DNA from: a virus
Strand: one strand, 5' to 3'
Virus record (IMG/VR): IMGVR_UViG_3300027743_000026
Location: 1 to 64,000 of that record
DNA length: 64,000 nt
The stretch's first letter is position 1. Each line of letters starts with the position of its first letter. Below are positions 37,688 to 46,288 of this stretch, piece after piece. Position numbers and translations under genes: made by a program. The notes below the pieces were generated by a model that saw only the letters and a program-made list of their open reading frames with translations, had not been told where the DNA came from and did no database searches.

Positions 37688-37865
37688 GGTGTCGGTTTCC
37701 TTTTCGGTTCGGTTCGGTTGTCGGGGTCCGGACCATCCGGCGCCCTCTGTCGTTTCAGTATTGATAACGTATGCCTAGGTTCAAAAAGAGTCAAGAATTA
37801 TTTTCGCAAACAAACAAATAAATTGAAAGGCGCTCAAAGCCGCTAGGGCGGTCGCTGGTGACGTG

Positions 37866-37894
37866 AAAAAGCCCGGCTAGTCACCTAGCCGGGC
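37866..37894 (-). terminator. Intrinsic terminator
   Basis: 10-bp stem GCCCGGCTAG/CTAGCCGGGC followed by U5 on the - strand. Confidence 0.75.
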
Positions 37895-37935
37895 CCTCCT
37901 GGAAACGAGCGTACGGGCTCGCTAGCGCCTTCGGT

Positions 37936-38325
37936 TTAGTCTTGTTCTGTTAGCCCGTCGCAAAAGTCGCGCGTTACCGCCTCAAGTTCACCGTCGGTCG
38001 GTTCGACCGTTGAATAAACTACGGCTAGTAGTTTTTCGATCACGACATAGGCGGGTCGCAATGCTTCGGGCAAGGTGTCGCGGGCTTCGGTATGGTCCAT
38101 TAGGTCGCCCAGATTATCTTCGCTGCAAACGTCGACCGTAAACGCTGCGCGAACCTCCGAAGGCGCCGCAACCGCGGCCGCGATAGTCGCATCAATTGCC
38201 GCGTCGGTCGCGGTACACTCCGCCGCATCGGCAATTGACCAGCAACCGGCGCCGTATGGTTCAGCTGAAAATGCGGGCGCCGCAAACGCAAACGCCGCAA
38301 CGGTAGCAAGTAGAATCCGTCTCAT
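37936..38325 (-). CDS. Secreted acidic protein
   Basis: Signal peptide MRRILLATVAAFAFAAPAFS. Confidence 0.6.
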   Translation of the reverse strand: MRRILLATVAAFAFAAPAFSAEPYGAGCWSIADAAECTATDAAIDATIAAAVAAPSEVRAAFTVDVCSEDNLGDLMDHTEARDTLPEALRPAYVVIEKLLAVVYSTVEPTDGELEAVTRDFCDGLTEQD

Positions 38326-38410
38326 AGGGTAGTCCTTTCATTTTCCGTTCTGGTGTCCGGCAGAATTGCCGATCATGGCGCCCGCGGGCGCCATGCGCTG
38401 CAATTCGGCT

Positions 38411-38590
38411 TTAGTGAAGCAACAAACCGAGCGCAATTAGCGCGCAAGCGCCTAATGCAATCGGTCCGATTTTCCACATTGCCCGAAAAATTAGAATGTT
38501 GAGATAGTTCCAAGCTGAACCGAGCAAGAAAAGCGCCGCGGCCAGCAACATTACGAGTATTTCCGGGTTGGCGTTAAAATAGTGTTGCAT
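38411..38590 (-). CDS. 59-aa two-TM membrane protein (not in ORF track)
   Basis: Own translation MQHYFNANPEILVMLLAAALFLLG...IALGLLLH*; AGGA RBS. Confidence 0.55.
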   Translation of the reverse strand: MQHYFNANPEILVMLLAAALFLLGSAWNYLNILIFRAMWKIGPIALGACALIALGLLLH

Positions 38591-38594
38591 TGTC

Positions 38595-38780
38595 CTATCT
38601 CTCGATTTTGTTTGTTTCCGGGTGCCATTCCGACTTTATGACGGGGTCACCTATCGAGTCGGTTTCGTCCGTGTCTTCGGTTTCGCAATCATAATCCCAT
38701 AGTTCGACTATGACTCCGGGCGGTATGTTCTGAATCTCTTGAACAACGCCACCCGACACGATAATTCGAATCCGGTTCAT
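38595..38780 (-). CDS. Small acidic protein (V.GGVVQ...DYD type)
   Basis: ATGA-coupled to the GP88-like gene; D/E-rich. Confidence 0.6.
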   Translation of the reverse strand: MNRIRIIVSGGVVQEIQNIPPGVIVELWDYDCETEDTDETDSIGDPVIKSEWHPETNKIER

Positions 38781-39571
38781 GCTGCATTCTCCCGCACAAC
38801 AAACCCGGACCGATCGCGCTTTGCCTTGTTTCCCTTGGGCGAAAGCCATACCACGACGTTTGCGGGGTCCAGGTGTCGCAAGTCGTGTTCGTCACCGTCG
38901 ATTGTGCGGTATCCGTTCCATTGCTTGGGGCGCGGCAATGCTGACACCACAGCAACGTTGCGGCCCTCCTGCAAAAGCTCGATGGCTTGCGCGTCGTTTT
39001 CTTCCGAGCGCGAAAACGTCAAGTAGTAGTTTGCTGGCAATGCGCGCTTGAACCGGCGCGCGCTTTTCGTGTAGTCGACAAATTGCACCGCGGGAAACGC
39101 GCTAAAGATAGTATGGGCGCCCGGCGTTACAGTGTGGCCGCTGATCGCGCTCAATTCTGCGGCGAATTCCGGCGTCACCATCACGCGCAAGCCTTCGTAT
39201 GCGATATCGGTCGACCCGTTCGGCCGCAACACAAGCTTGACGCGCTTGCGCTTTGCGGTGCGAATTGCCGCGGCGCTGTGGCGTAGCATTTCGAGCATGT
39301 AGGCTTGTCGGTCGCGCATGAAGTAGCGCGCCTTGCGTTCGCGAGAATCGCGGACCGAATTAGTCCAATCGGTCGCGGCCGATACCATCGAAGCTTGACC
39401 GGATTCGCGGCCAAGGCAAAGCGCAATGCAACCCGGACTAGCATCGGGGCACAAATTGCCGACCCCGGCGGATTCATGCGGCGCCATGTAGTTAATTCCG
39501 TTCAGGTAACGGAACTTTGCCGCTTTGATAGCCTTGGGGCTATCGAACGAATAAAAGCGCTTGAATTGCAT
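38777..39571 (-). CDS. GP88-family protein
   Basis: CP.AS.GC...CL, R.NG.TD, F.DYTK, NY.LTFS.SE.N, GD..DLR..DP, K.....D.SGFV motifs. Confidence 0.75.
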   Translation of the reverse strand: MQFKRFYSFDSPKAIKAAKFRYLNGINYMAPHESAGVGNLCPDASPGCIALCLGRESGQASMVSAATDWTNSVRDSRERKARYFMRDRQAYMLEMLRHSAAAIRTAKRKRVKLVLRPNGSTDIAYEGLRVMVTPEFAAELSAISGHTVTPGAHTIFSAFPAVQFVDYTKSARRFKRALPANYYLTFSRSEENDAQAIELLQEGRNVAVVSALPRPKQWNGYRTIDGDEHDLRHLDPANVVVWLSPKGNKAKRDRSGFVVRENAA

Positions 39572-39579
39572 TTTAGTCT

Positions 39580-39662
39580 CTCCTGGTGTTCCGAGCGGCT
39601 TCAACCGCCCTTCTGAACATTAGTCGCTAATACGTATGCCTAGGTTCAAAAGAAAATGCAAG
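39580..39662 (-). repeat. About 70-bp promoter-hairpin-RBS repeat (leader copy 4)
   Basis: Near-identical to 40243-40313, 40987-41057 and 41952-42020. Confidence 0.9.
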
Positions 39663-39685
39663 AATTATTTTGGAAATAAACCAAC

Positions 39686-39711
39686 AAAAAAAAAAGCGCC
39701 CCGCGGGGCGC
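39686..39711 (-). terminator. Intrinsic terminator
   Basis: GCGCCC/GGGCGC stem followed by U10 on the - strand. Confidence 0.75.
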
Positions 39712-39720
39712 CCTCTTGGT

Positions 39721-40233
39721 TCAGATTCTGGTGATACATTCAGGGCCGAATCCCTGGTGAACCGAAGTCGGGACCGTAAGCTTGCGACCACAGCGGCCGC
39801 ATTTTCCTTCCGTCCATATTTCGAGCTGATCGGGCAAGCGGCCGCGAACCAAGGCGCGCCATGTCCAATCGAAGGCTTTAGCGGAGGGCGCGTCGCGGGA
39901 AACGTCACCGGGGCGTGGAACCTTGCGACCGAGCCAAAAAATGTCGCGCGAAATGCGACCTAAATATTTGTAGTCGGATTCGTTGTTTTGTCCGACCAAA
40001 AGCCCGACAAAATGACAAAGCCCGTCGTCGCTAACGGAAATGCGATAGGTGAACCGGGCGCCGGTTTTCTTGCTTGCGAGCGTAAATGTTGCGTTACCAG
40101 CGCGCAAGAATTTGAGCGCGTCGGGCGCCGTCGTGAGCTGTCCGCGCATATCGGCGCCCTTGGCGGGCGCGGGGTCCGCGTCAAGGTTTATATCGTGATC
40201 CAAGCCCGCGAAAATGTCAGAGTGATTGCACAT
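39721..40233 (-). CDS. DUF6011-domain protein
   Basis: GNA.FT..S.KTG...TY; C-terminal CGRCGR.LT.P.S...G.GPEC. Confidence 0.8.
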   Translation of the reverse strand: MCNHSDIFAGLDHDINLDADPAPAKGADMRGQLTTAPDALKFLRAGNATFTLASKKTGARFTYRISVSDDGLCHFVGLLVGQNNESDYKYLGRISRDIFWLGRKVPRPGDVSRDAPSAKAFDWTWRALVRGRLPDQLEIWTEGKCGRCGRKLTVPTSVHQGFGPECITRI

Positions 40234-40242
40234 TGCTTGAGT

Positions 40243-40324
40243 CTCCTGGTGTTGCGAGCGGCTTCAACCGCCCTTCTGAACATTAGTCGTTAATATGTAT
40301 GCCTAGGTTCAAAGGAAGAGTCAA
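40243..40324 (-). repeat. Promoter-hairpin-RBS repeat (leader copy 5)
   Basis: TTGACTC -35; TTTGAACCTAGGCATAC; GGGCGG-UUGAAG-CCGCUC; ACCAGGAG. Confidence 0.9.
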
Positions 40325-40326
40325 AT

Positions 40327-40358
40327 AAAAAAGGCGCCCCGCCCGCGGGGCGCCTTTT
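40327..40358. terminator. Bidirectional intrinsic terminator
   Basis: A6-GGCGCCCCGC-CC-GCGGGGCGCC-T4. Confidence 0.8.
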
Positions 40359-40372
40359 CGGAGTGATCCGGA

Positions 40373-40978
40373 TCAGGATCGGGGCGGGCGCGCGTTGCGG
40401 CCCTTCGGGGTAACGGCGCCCGCCTTGTTCAGAAGGCCTTTACTGATCAGCGAATCCTTGGCCGCTTGCCATTGCTCGCGGGTCGGGAATTGCGGCGTTG
40501 AGTCGTCGCGGCGCCAAGGATATTCCGCTTGAGTCTTGGCCATGGTGTAACGGTCTTGACCGTTATAGCTCGACTTGAACGAACACGTTGCGCTTAACAC
40601 AATCGACTCGTGTTCGCTCAATTCCGGCGCCGGCGCCGGTAACAGGGCCGCGGCGTTGTCCGGGTGCACGTAGAACGTCAATCCCATATCCTTGCCGCAA
40701 AAGAGCGAGTGTTCGACTACGGCAAAGCCGGGCTTTAGCGTAATGTGCTGATCCTTGCGCGACGAATCCCATGGCGCCGACATATTGTCGGACGCGGCGA
40801 TAGCGTCACCAGTAGCGAGCTGAACAAACCGAAACGTGTTGCGGGTACCGCCGGACCATAGACCAGCGTCCGAAGGAATCGTGACTTGCGTCACCACGAC
40901 AGCCTTAAACTTTTTGCCCGTGTATCCGCCGCGCAATTGCGCGGGAATCATCGCGGCGTCTAGATAGATTGCGTTCAT
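40373..40978 (-). CDS. Early hypothetical protein
   Basis: W.GG.R, VE...FCGKD.G...YVHP, L..KG.L...GA.T..G motifs; own promoter and terminator. Confidence 0.7.
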   Translation of the reverse strand: MNAIYLDAAMIPAQLRGGYTGKKFKAVVVTQVTIPSDAGLWSGGTRNTFRFVQLATGDAIAASDNMSAPWDSSRKDQHITLKPGFAVVEHSLFCGKDMGLTFYVHPDNAAALLPAPAPELSEHESIVLSATCSFKSSYNGQDRYTMAKTQAEYPWRRDDSTPQFPTREQWQAAKDSLISKGLLNKAGAVTPKGRNARPPRS

Positions 40979-40986
40979 GTCGGAGT

Positions 40987-41068
40987 CTCCTGGTGTTGCG
41001 AGCGGCTTCAACCGCCCTTCTGAACATTAGTCGTCAATACGTATGCCTAGGTTCAAAGGAAGAGTCAA
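40987..41068 (-). repeat. Promoter-hairpin-RBS repeat (leader copy 6)
   Basis: As above. Confidence 0.9.
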
Positions 41069-41069
41069 C

Positions 41070-41285
41070 TTATTTTCGCATCAATCCAATCGAGACACGG
41101 TCGCGGGCGATAAACCGAGCGGCGCCCACATCGGCCAATATTTCGTCGCGCGCGTTCCACCATGCAAAGCGCTTATTTGGCGCCGCGACATAGTAGCAGC
41201 GGGATTCGCGGATCGTGGTTCCGTCGGGCTTATCCCAATGCAGAGTCACGCGCCATTGTCGGACCGTCGGAATATTGCGGGACAT
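41070..41285 (-). CDS. Small early protein
   Basis: TAATG coupling to the upstream gene. Confidence 0.55.
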   Translation of the reverse strand: MSRNIPTVRQWRVTLHWDKPDGTTIRESRCYYVAAPNKRFAWWNARDEILADVGAARFIARDRVSIGLMRK

Positions 41286-41758
41286 TAGCGAGCCCTCGCA
41301 AACGTCTTGACCTGATCGCGGGTAATTTCCCAAGGCGCGTCATATTTTGGCACCATACGAATCGCCTCGGTGCGAATTGCCTCGATAATCTTGCAAGCAA
41401 CCGACTCTTCATAGTCGTTAGTCTCGCAAGCCTGATAATCGAAACAAGAGCAACCGCTAAGGATCAGCCCGACAAGCTTGTGTTGCGGCAAAGACTCGAG
41501 CCCTGCAAACGGGCTGAACTTATAGGACGCGACCGACTCGCCCTCGCGACCGGGCGCCGTTTCCTCGGTTTCGTTTGGATAACGGTTCAGAACCGAGCGA
41601 AGATTCTCGCCTAGCAAGATTCGACCGGTTTCGGTCGCGTTGTCGCTGGTGATATCGATGCAACGGGCGGGACCGTCGACGAAATAGCGCAAGCGCTGCG
41701 ACACCGCGAAAGTCACAAGCGCGTCAATATGATCGTGCGAGACAACAAAAGCAGACAT
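41285..41758 (-). CDS. Early hypothetical protein (L..EN..S...RY / YQ.CE family)
   Basis: Recognisable motif pattern; preceded by leader copy 7 (41766-41791). Confidence 0.7.
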   Translation of the reverse strand: MSAFVVSHDHIDALVTFAVSQRLRYFVDGPARCIDITSDNATETGRILLGENLRSVLNRYPNETEETAPGREGESVASYKFSPFAGLESLPQHKLVGLILSGCSCFDYQACETNDYEESVACKIIEAIRTEAIRMVPKYDAPWEITRDQVKTFARAR

Positions 41759-41800
41759 TGGGATTCTCCTGGTGTTTGCGGCTTCAACCGCGGTTGAGAC

Positions 41801-41944
41801 TTAGGCGAGGGCGAGCGCGACCGCGCGCAAGCCCATCTGGCGGATGGCGTACCGGTCCGCGCGCATGACGCAAAACGAGACCTGAAAGCGGCCGAGTCGG
41901 ATAAACCGGATTCCGCCGACGCGCTTGTTAGAGTAGTTGAACAT
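41801..41944 (-). CDS. 47-aa basic early protein (not in ORF track)
   Basis: Own translation MFNYSNKRVGGIRFIRLGRFQVSFCV...LALA*; directly after leader copy 8. Confidence 0.65.
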   Translation of the reverse strand: MFNYSNKRVGGIRFIRLGRFQVSFCVMRADRYAIRQMGLRAVALALA

Positions 41945-41951
41945 TTTCCGT

Positions 41952-42032
41952 CTCCTGGTTCCGAGCGGCTTCAACCGCCCTTCTGAACATTAGTCGTTAA
42001 TACGTATGCCTAGGTTCAAAAGGAAATGCAAG
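41952..42032 (-). repeat. Promoter-hairpin-RBS repeat (leader copy 8)
   Basis: As above. Confidence 0.9.
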
Positions 42033-42199
42033 AAAATTCGACACCTGGAATCAAATTAAATAGACTAGGATTCAAAGTCGGAGGGCCCGGAACCGGGCTC
42101 GGTTCAGGGCAAGGGCCCGAAAAACCAGGGCTTGAACGGTACCCGACTACCAAATGACGGGCCGACTCGCCGGAACAAAACTAAATTAGCAGGCTAATA

Positions 42200-42769
42200 A
42201 TGCCGAAGGGCGGAATTCGCGCGGGCGCCGGGCGCCCCAAGGGCTCGGGAAAAGGCCATCGGGTCGTGGTCGAGAATCCCGACGGGCTCATGCCTATCGA
42301 ATGGATGCTAGCGGTTATGCGCGACCCGCTAACCGAGCCGTTACGCCGCGACCGGATGGCGGAAATAGCGGCGCCCTATCTGCATTCGAGACTCGCCGCG
42401 GTGTCCGTTACTGGTGAAGTGAAGGGCAGCACGTCAAACACCACAAACAACACGGTTAACATCTTTGCGGTGCCGCGCGGCGCCGCAGTGAATCTCAAAG
42501 ATGGAACGGTCGAAGTCGAAGGCATTGCGACCACGGACCTAGCAGCGCTTGAACCGTTCGAAGGCACACCCGCGCTCCCGGATCAGAGCGACGCGAATCG
42601 GGGCACGCAACCACCCAAGGGCCCGTTGCCCGTGCACGGTGTCGACACTAGCAACGTAACACGACTCAAGCGACCTGGTGAACCGGGCGCCATGGTGCAA
42701 CGGGTATTTGATGCGCTCGACAAGCGCGACACCAGCGACACTGGCAACACCAGCGACTCGAGCGCGTGA
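42200..42769 (+). CDS. Terminase small subunit-like protein
   Basis: GG.R.GAGRPKGS N-terminus, P...ML.VM.D.......R..MA..AAPY.H.RL; upstream of terL. Confidence 0.65.
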   Translation: MPKGGIRAGAGRPKGSGKGHRVVVENPDGLMPIEWMLAVMRDPLTEPLRRDRMAEIAAPYLHSRLAAVSVTGEVKGSTSNTTNNTVNIFAVPRGAAVNLKDGTVEVEGIATTDLAALEPFEGTPALPDQSDANRGTQPPKGPLPVHGVDTSNVTRLKRPGEPGAMVQRVFDALDKRDTSDTGNTSDSSA

Positions 42770-43112
42770 ACCAGGGCCCGCGCCGGGGCTCGCGGCCGCT
42801 CGGCAATGCACTAAGCCGCATGCCATAAGGCTAATGCGCGCCTAGCGGGCGGTACACTAAGCCGCCCGACGGGCGCCCGGCGCCGTCGGCAGTATGGTCC
42901 CCAGTATGGGCAGGATAGCGCGGGCGCCAGATAGTCCAGTAATATCAATGGGGCGACGCGGACACACTATCCGCGCCTAGCAGAAGCTATTCTGAAACCC
43001 GTTAGCTAAAAGCGTCGAAATTTGGGGGCGGCACGCCCTCTCTATGGTTTTCAAGCTTTTGATTTTTGCGGAGTTTTTGCAAAAAATTTTTTCCCGCGTA
43101 GGAATAAAATCA

Positions 43113-43394
43113 ATGCGCCTACCGATACCCGACGACTGCGGCCGCGCTGCCCGAGAGCTGATTGCGCACGGCCTGGACCCGAACGAGCACCTTGAGTTCA
43201 TGCGCGGCGACGAGGTCAGCCTCCACGGCACCGCCCGCGCCTTCGCCACCCGCACCGTGGTCGAGACCCCGAACGGTCCCCGTCACGCGCCCTACCGGCC
43301 CTTCGATCGCACGGCAATGGTGCGTCTGGGCCTGGTGGTAGACCCGCCGGTGCGGCGAAAGCGCCGGCCGGCAAGATTGATCGTCCAGGACTGA
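43113..43394 (+). CDS. Hypothetical protein
   Basis: AAR.LI..G.DP...L...R pattern. Confidence 0.5.
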   Translation: MRLPIPDDCGRAARELIAHGLDPNEHLEFMRGDEVSLHGTARAFATRTVVETPNGPRHAPYRPFDRTAMVRLGLVVDPPVRRKRRPARLIVQD

Positions 43395-43432
43395 AAACGC
43401 ACGTACGGGCTCCTCGTCGCCTCGGGAACGCA

Positions 43433-43651
43433 ATGCCTTCAAATGCGGAGAAACGGGCCCTGATTGCGACCGCCCTGAACGAGGCGCTGGCCACACGGGT
43501 GATCCGGCTGTTTGAGGCGCTGTGTTCGGCAGAGAACATAGAGCTGGGGTTGATCCGGTTTAGTGAAGGAATGACCCAGGCTATGGAAGCCTACGAGGCA
43601 GCGAATGACCCCAATGCCCCGTGGTGCGGCGGCCGCCGGCTGGACGTGTAA
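43433..43651 (+). CDS. Hypothetical protein
   Basis: TAATG-coupled to the next gene. Confidence 0.5.
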   Translation: MPSNAEKRALIATALNEALATRVIRLFEALCSAENIELGLIRFSEGMTQAMEAYEAANDPNAPWCGGRRLDV

Positions 43652-43974
43652 TGCGGTTCCGGCCGGCGGACGACCCACGCAACACCGTCGATGACATCCC
43701 CGGGGTCACCACCGACAAGACCGAGCCCGGGACGCCGGTGGAATGGGAGGATAATTTTCTCTCCAACACCTTCGCCTGGGCCAGCTACCGGCTGGTCCCG
43801 GATTGGTGCCAGACCCCGGAGCACTTCACTTCGCGGTTCACGCAATACCTCTTTACCGACTGTCCCTGCTGCCTGTTCTGGCGCGGATTGACCTTTGGCT
43901 ACGTGGTCGGCGGCGTTGTCGGGGCCATCGTCGGCATGATCGTGATGTGGTTGGGTGCGCAATGGTTGCACTAG
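43651..43974 (+). CDS. Membrane protein with CPCC motif
   Basis: TDCPCCLFWRG followed by a GxxxG-rich TM helix; overlaps the terL start. Confidence 0.65.
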   Translation: MRFRPADDPRNTVDDIPGVTTDKTEPGTPVEWEDNFLSNTFAWASYRLVPDWCQTPEHFTSRFTQYLFTDCPCCLFWRGLTFGYVVGGVVGAIVGMIVMWLGAQWLH

Positions 43975-45182
43975 TGATGGGCGAGAACTTCACCCGCACG
44001 CTGTTCGCCAAGAACGTGCGACACAAGGCCCTGTATGGCGGCCGCGGCTCCGGCAAGACCTGGTCGATCGGCTCCTACCTGGTCTACACCGCCAACACCG
44101 AAAGGAAGCGCATCATCTGCGCCCGGCAGTTTCAGAACTCGATCCGGGACAGCTCCAAGGATCTGATCGAGCGCCGCATCCGCGACTTCGAGCTGGACCG
44201 CGAATTCAGTCTGACCGACCGCGCCATCACCCATCGCAAGACCGGCTCGGAGTTCTTGTTCATCGGGCTCGAGCGCAACATCGAGAGCATCCGTAGCTTG
44301 GAAGGCGCCGACATCGTGTGGATCGACGAGGCCCGCACCATCTCCAACCGCTCGATGGAGATTCTGCTGCCCACCGTGCGGGCGCCCGGCTCGCAGCTGA
44401 TCTGGTCCTGGAATCCTGAGGATCCTCTGGACCCGGTCGACGCCTATTTCCGCGCCGGCAAGCCACCGCCCAATTCGGTGATCACGTTCGTCGACTACAA
44501 CGACAATCCGTACTTCAAGCACACCACTTTGCCGCACGAGATGGAGGTCCTAAAACGCGGAAATTTCAACAGATATCGCCATGTTTGGCTGGGAGAATAC
44601 GATTTATCGTACGATTCCAAGGTATTTTCCAACATTCGCGTCGGCCGCATCGACGTGCCCTACGAAACTCCGCCGCTCTACGGCATGGACTTCGGTTTCG
44701 GCAAGGATCCGAGCTTCGTGGTCAAGTGCTATCACCTGGAGAAGACCAAACAGATTTTCATCGCCGCTGAGGCCACCGGCAGAGTTGCCTTGGACATGCT
44801 GCCGGCGATGTTGCGCACCGTGATCGCCGACGATGGCGACCTGGTGAAGGCCGACGCCTCACAGCCTGGCACCATCGAGTTTTTGCAGGCGCGCGGCTTC
44901 AATATCCACGCCGCCAACAAGGGACCAGGCTCGGTCAAGAGTGGCATCAACTTCCTGCAGGGCTACGAGATCGTCATCGACCCGAATTGCGAGGCGATGC
45001 GCGAGGAAGCCCGCCTTTACAGCTGGATGACCGACAAGCTCACTGGCAGAGTTCTCTCCGCCCCGGTCGACGCCTACAATCACGGTTGGGACGCCGTGCG
45101 CTACGCCACTGAGTCAGCCCAGGTCGAAAGCGCCATGGAAGGCAACAGTAACGGCGGCGTGATGTCGCTGAAGATATGGTGA
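43962..45182 (+). CDS. terL: Terminase large subunit (PBSX/Terminase_3 type)
   Basis: YGGRGSGKT, R.FQNSI.DS, WIDEA, WNP, GMDFG...DP, NH..DA.RYA. Confidence 0.95.
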   Translation: MVALVMGENFTRTLFAKNVRHKALYGGRGSGKTWSIGSYLVYTANTERKRIICARQFQNSIRDSSKDLIERRIRDFELDREFSLTDRAITHRKTGSEFLFIGLERNIESIRSLEGADIVWIDEARTISNRSMEILLPTVRAPGSQLIWSWNPEDPLDPVDAYFRAGKPPPNSVITFVDYNDNPYFKHTTLPHEMEVLKRGNFNRYRHVWLGEYDLSYDSKVFSNIRVGRIDVPYETPPLYGMDFGFGKDPSFVVKCYHLEKTKQIFIAAEATGRVALDMLPAMLRTVIADDGDLVKADASQPGTIEFLQARGFNIHAANKGPGSVKSGINFLQGYEIVIDPNCEAMREEARLYSWMTDKLTGRVLSAPVDAYNHGWDAVRYATESAQVESAMEGNSNGGVMSLKIW

Positions 45183-45523
45183 GCGGCTCGGGTCAACCGC
45201 TCCTTGGTCTCTCGACTCGACGCTTTGGTGCCTGCTTTCCCTGCGTCTTGGGAGCGTCCGTGGAGCACCTTCGGACCTGAATGCGCGCGTTGACGACCTT
45301 GAACGGAAGATACCATCCTCGCGAGAGAACCGCAGGTCGCCTTTCTGAACTCCGAGCCGCGCGCTACCCGAAGGAAAATGCCCTCGCGAGGTAGTTAGTA
45401 ATGTTCGATCACCGCCTGGCAAGCCGTAACTTCTACACCAGCCGGCGCCACTGGCCGGGATTATCGGCGCGGGAGTGGCCGAGCCGCTGGCGGACACCGG
45501 ACGGCCATGCCGGTGACTTCAGC

Positions 45524-45793
45524 TCACCATCGCCGCCTTCGTCTGATGATGTAGCCACCGTAGCCGTAGCCGCCGCGCCATCCGCACAGACCCTGAATAA
45601 ACCCGATGATGCAGACGCCGAGCAGTGGCCACCGCATGCTGAGGATGACCAAGGAGAAAATGGTGGTGGCGGTGATGATCCAGGCCATTCCCTCGCCAAA
45701 GCTGGCTTGGTCACGCGGCGCGGTGAAGATGAACAGCAGAACGACTGCCATCCAGACTAAGGAAAAGATTTCAGATTTACTGAGCGGACGCAT
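45524..45793 (-). CDS. Small membrane protein, counter-oriented within the late region
   Basis: Hydrophobic helices and Arg tail; own promoter and leader copy 9. Confidence 0.65.
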   Translation of the reverse strand: MRPLSKSEIFSLVWMAVVLLFIFTAPRDQASFGEGMAWIITATTIFSLVILSMRWPLLGVCIIGFIQGLCGWRGGYGYGGYIIRRRRRW

Positions 45794-45802
45794 AATTTAG
45801 TT

Positions 45803-45868
45803 CTCCTGGTTGGGCTGCTTCATCAGCCGGTATGGTTAGTTGATATACGGGTTCAAAGAGGATTGCAA
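45803..45868 (-). promoter_or_regulatory. Promoter (TTGCAA...TTTGAAC...TATATC) plus hairpin GGCUG-AUGAAG-CAGCC and RBS, copy 9
   Basis: Read directly. Confidence 0.8.
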
Positions 45869-46288
45869 CCGTTATTTTTTCGTTTATTTGCTAGTGCTGG
45901 ATGGAGGCCGCCATGAAGGAACGGTGGACGGCAGAGGAACTGGCTTACCAGGCCAAGATTGACGAGGTGGTCGAGGACGAGCGCTTTCGCCTTGAGCGTC
46001 AGATTCGCCGGCCGTTGACCGTCGCCGACAGCTTTCGCTTCGACATGTGGGTGGCCAACTATGAGGAAAGGGCCTGGCGGCAGTTTTACGGGCCGCCCAA
46101 GTCGGTAGGAGCAAGGCCATGACCCAGGCGCAATTCGACAGCTTGCCGTATGCGGTGCAGCTGCGCTGGAAGAACGAGGTCGACGGACTGCGGCGGCCGT
46201 CGCCGGATCTGATCGAGATCACCGAGTGGTGTCTGTCGGGCGCACAACGACCAGTGCCGCCGCCCGGCTTCTCGTATTTTTACATGCA

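Noticed and set aside
39614-39650. TGAAC...GTTCA as an alphaproteobacterial LexA box
   Set aside because: The LexA box there is a GTTC-N7-GTTC direct repeat; this is a widely spaced inverted pair.
39580-42032. Regularly recurring ~70-bp repeats as a CRISPR array or integron attC sites
   Set aside because: Spacing is 660-970 bp with whole genes between; the repeats are promoter + hairpin + RBS; no cas operon or integron integrase is visible.
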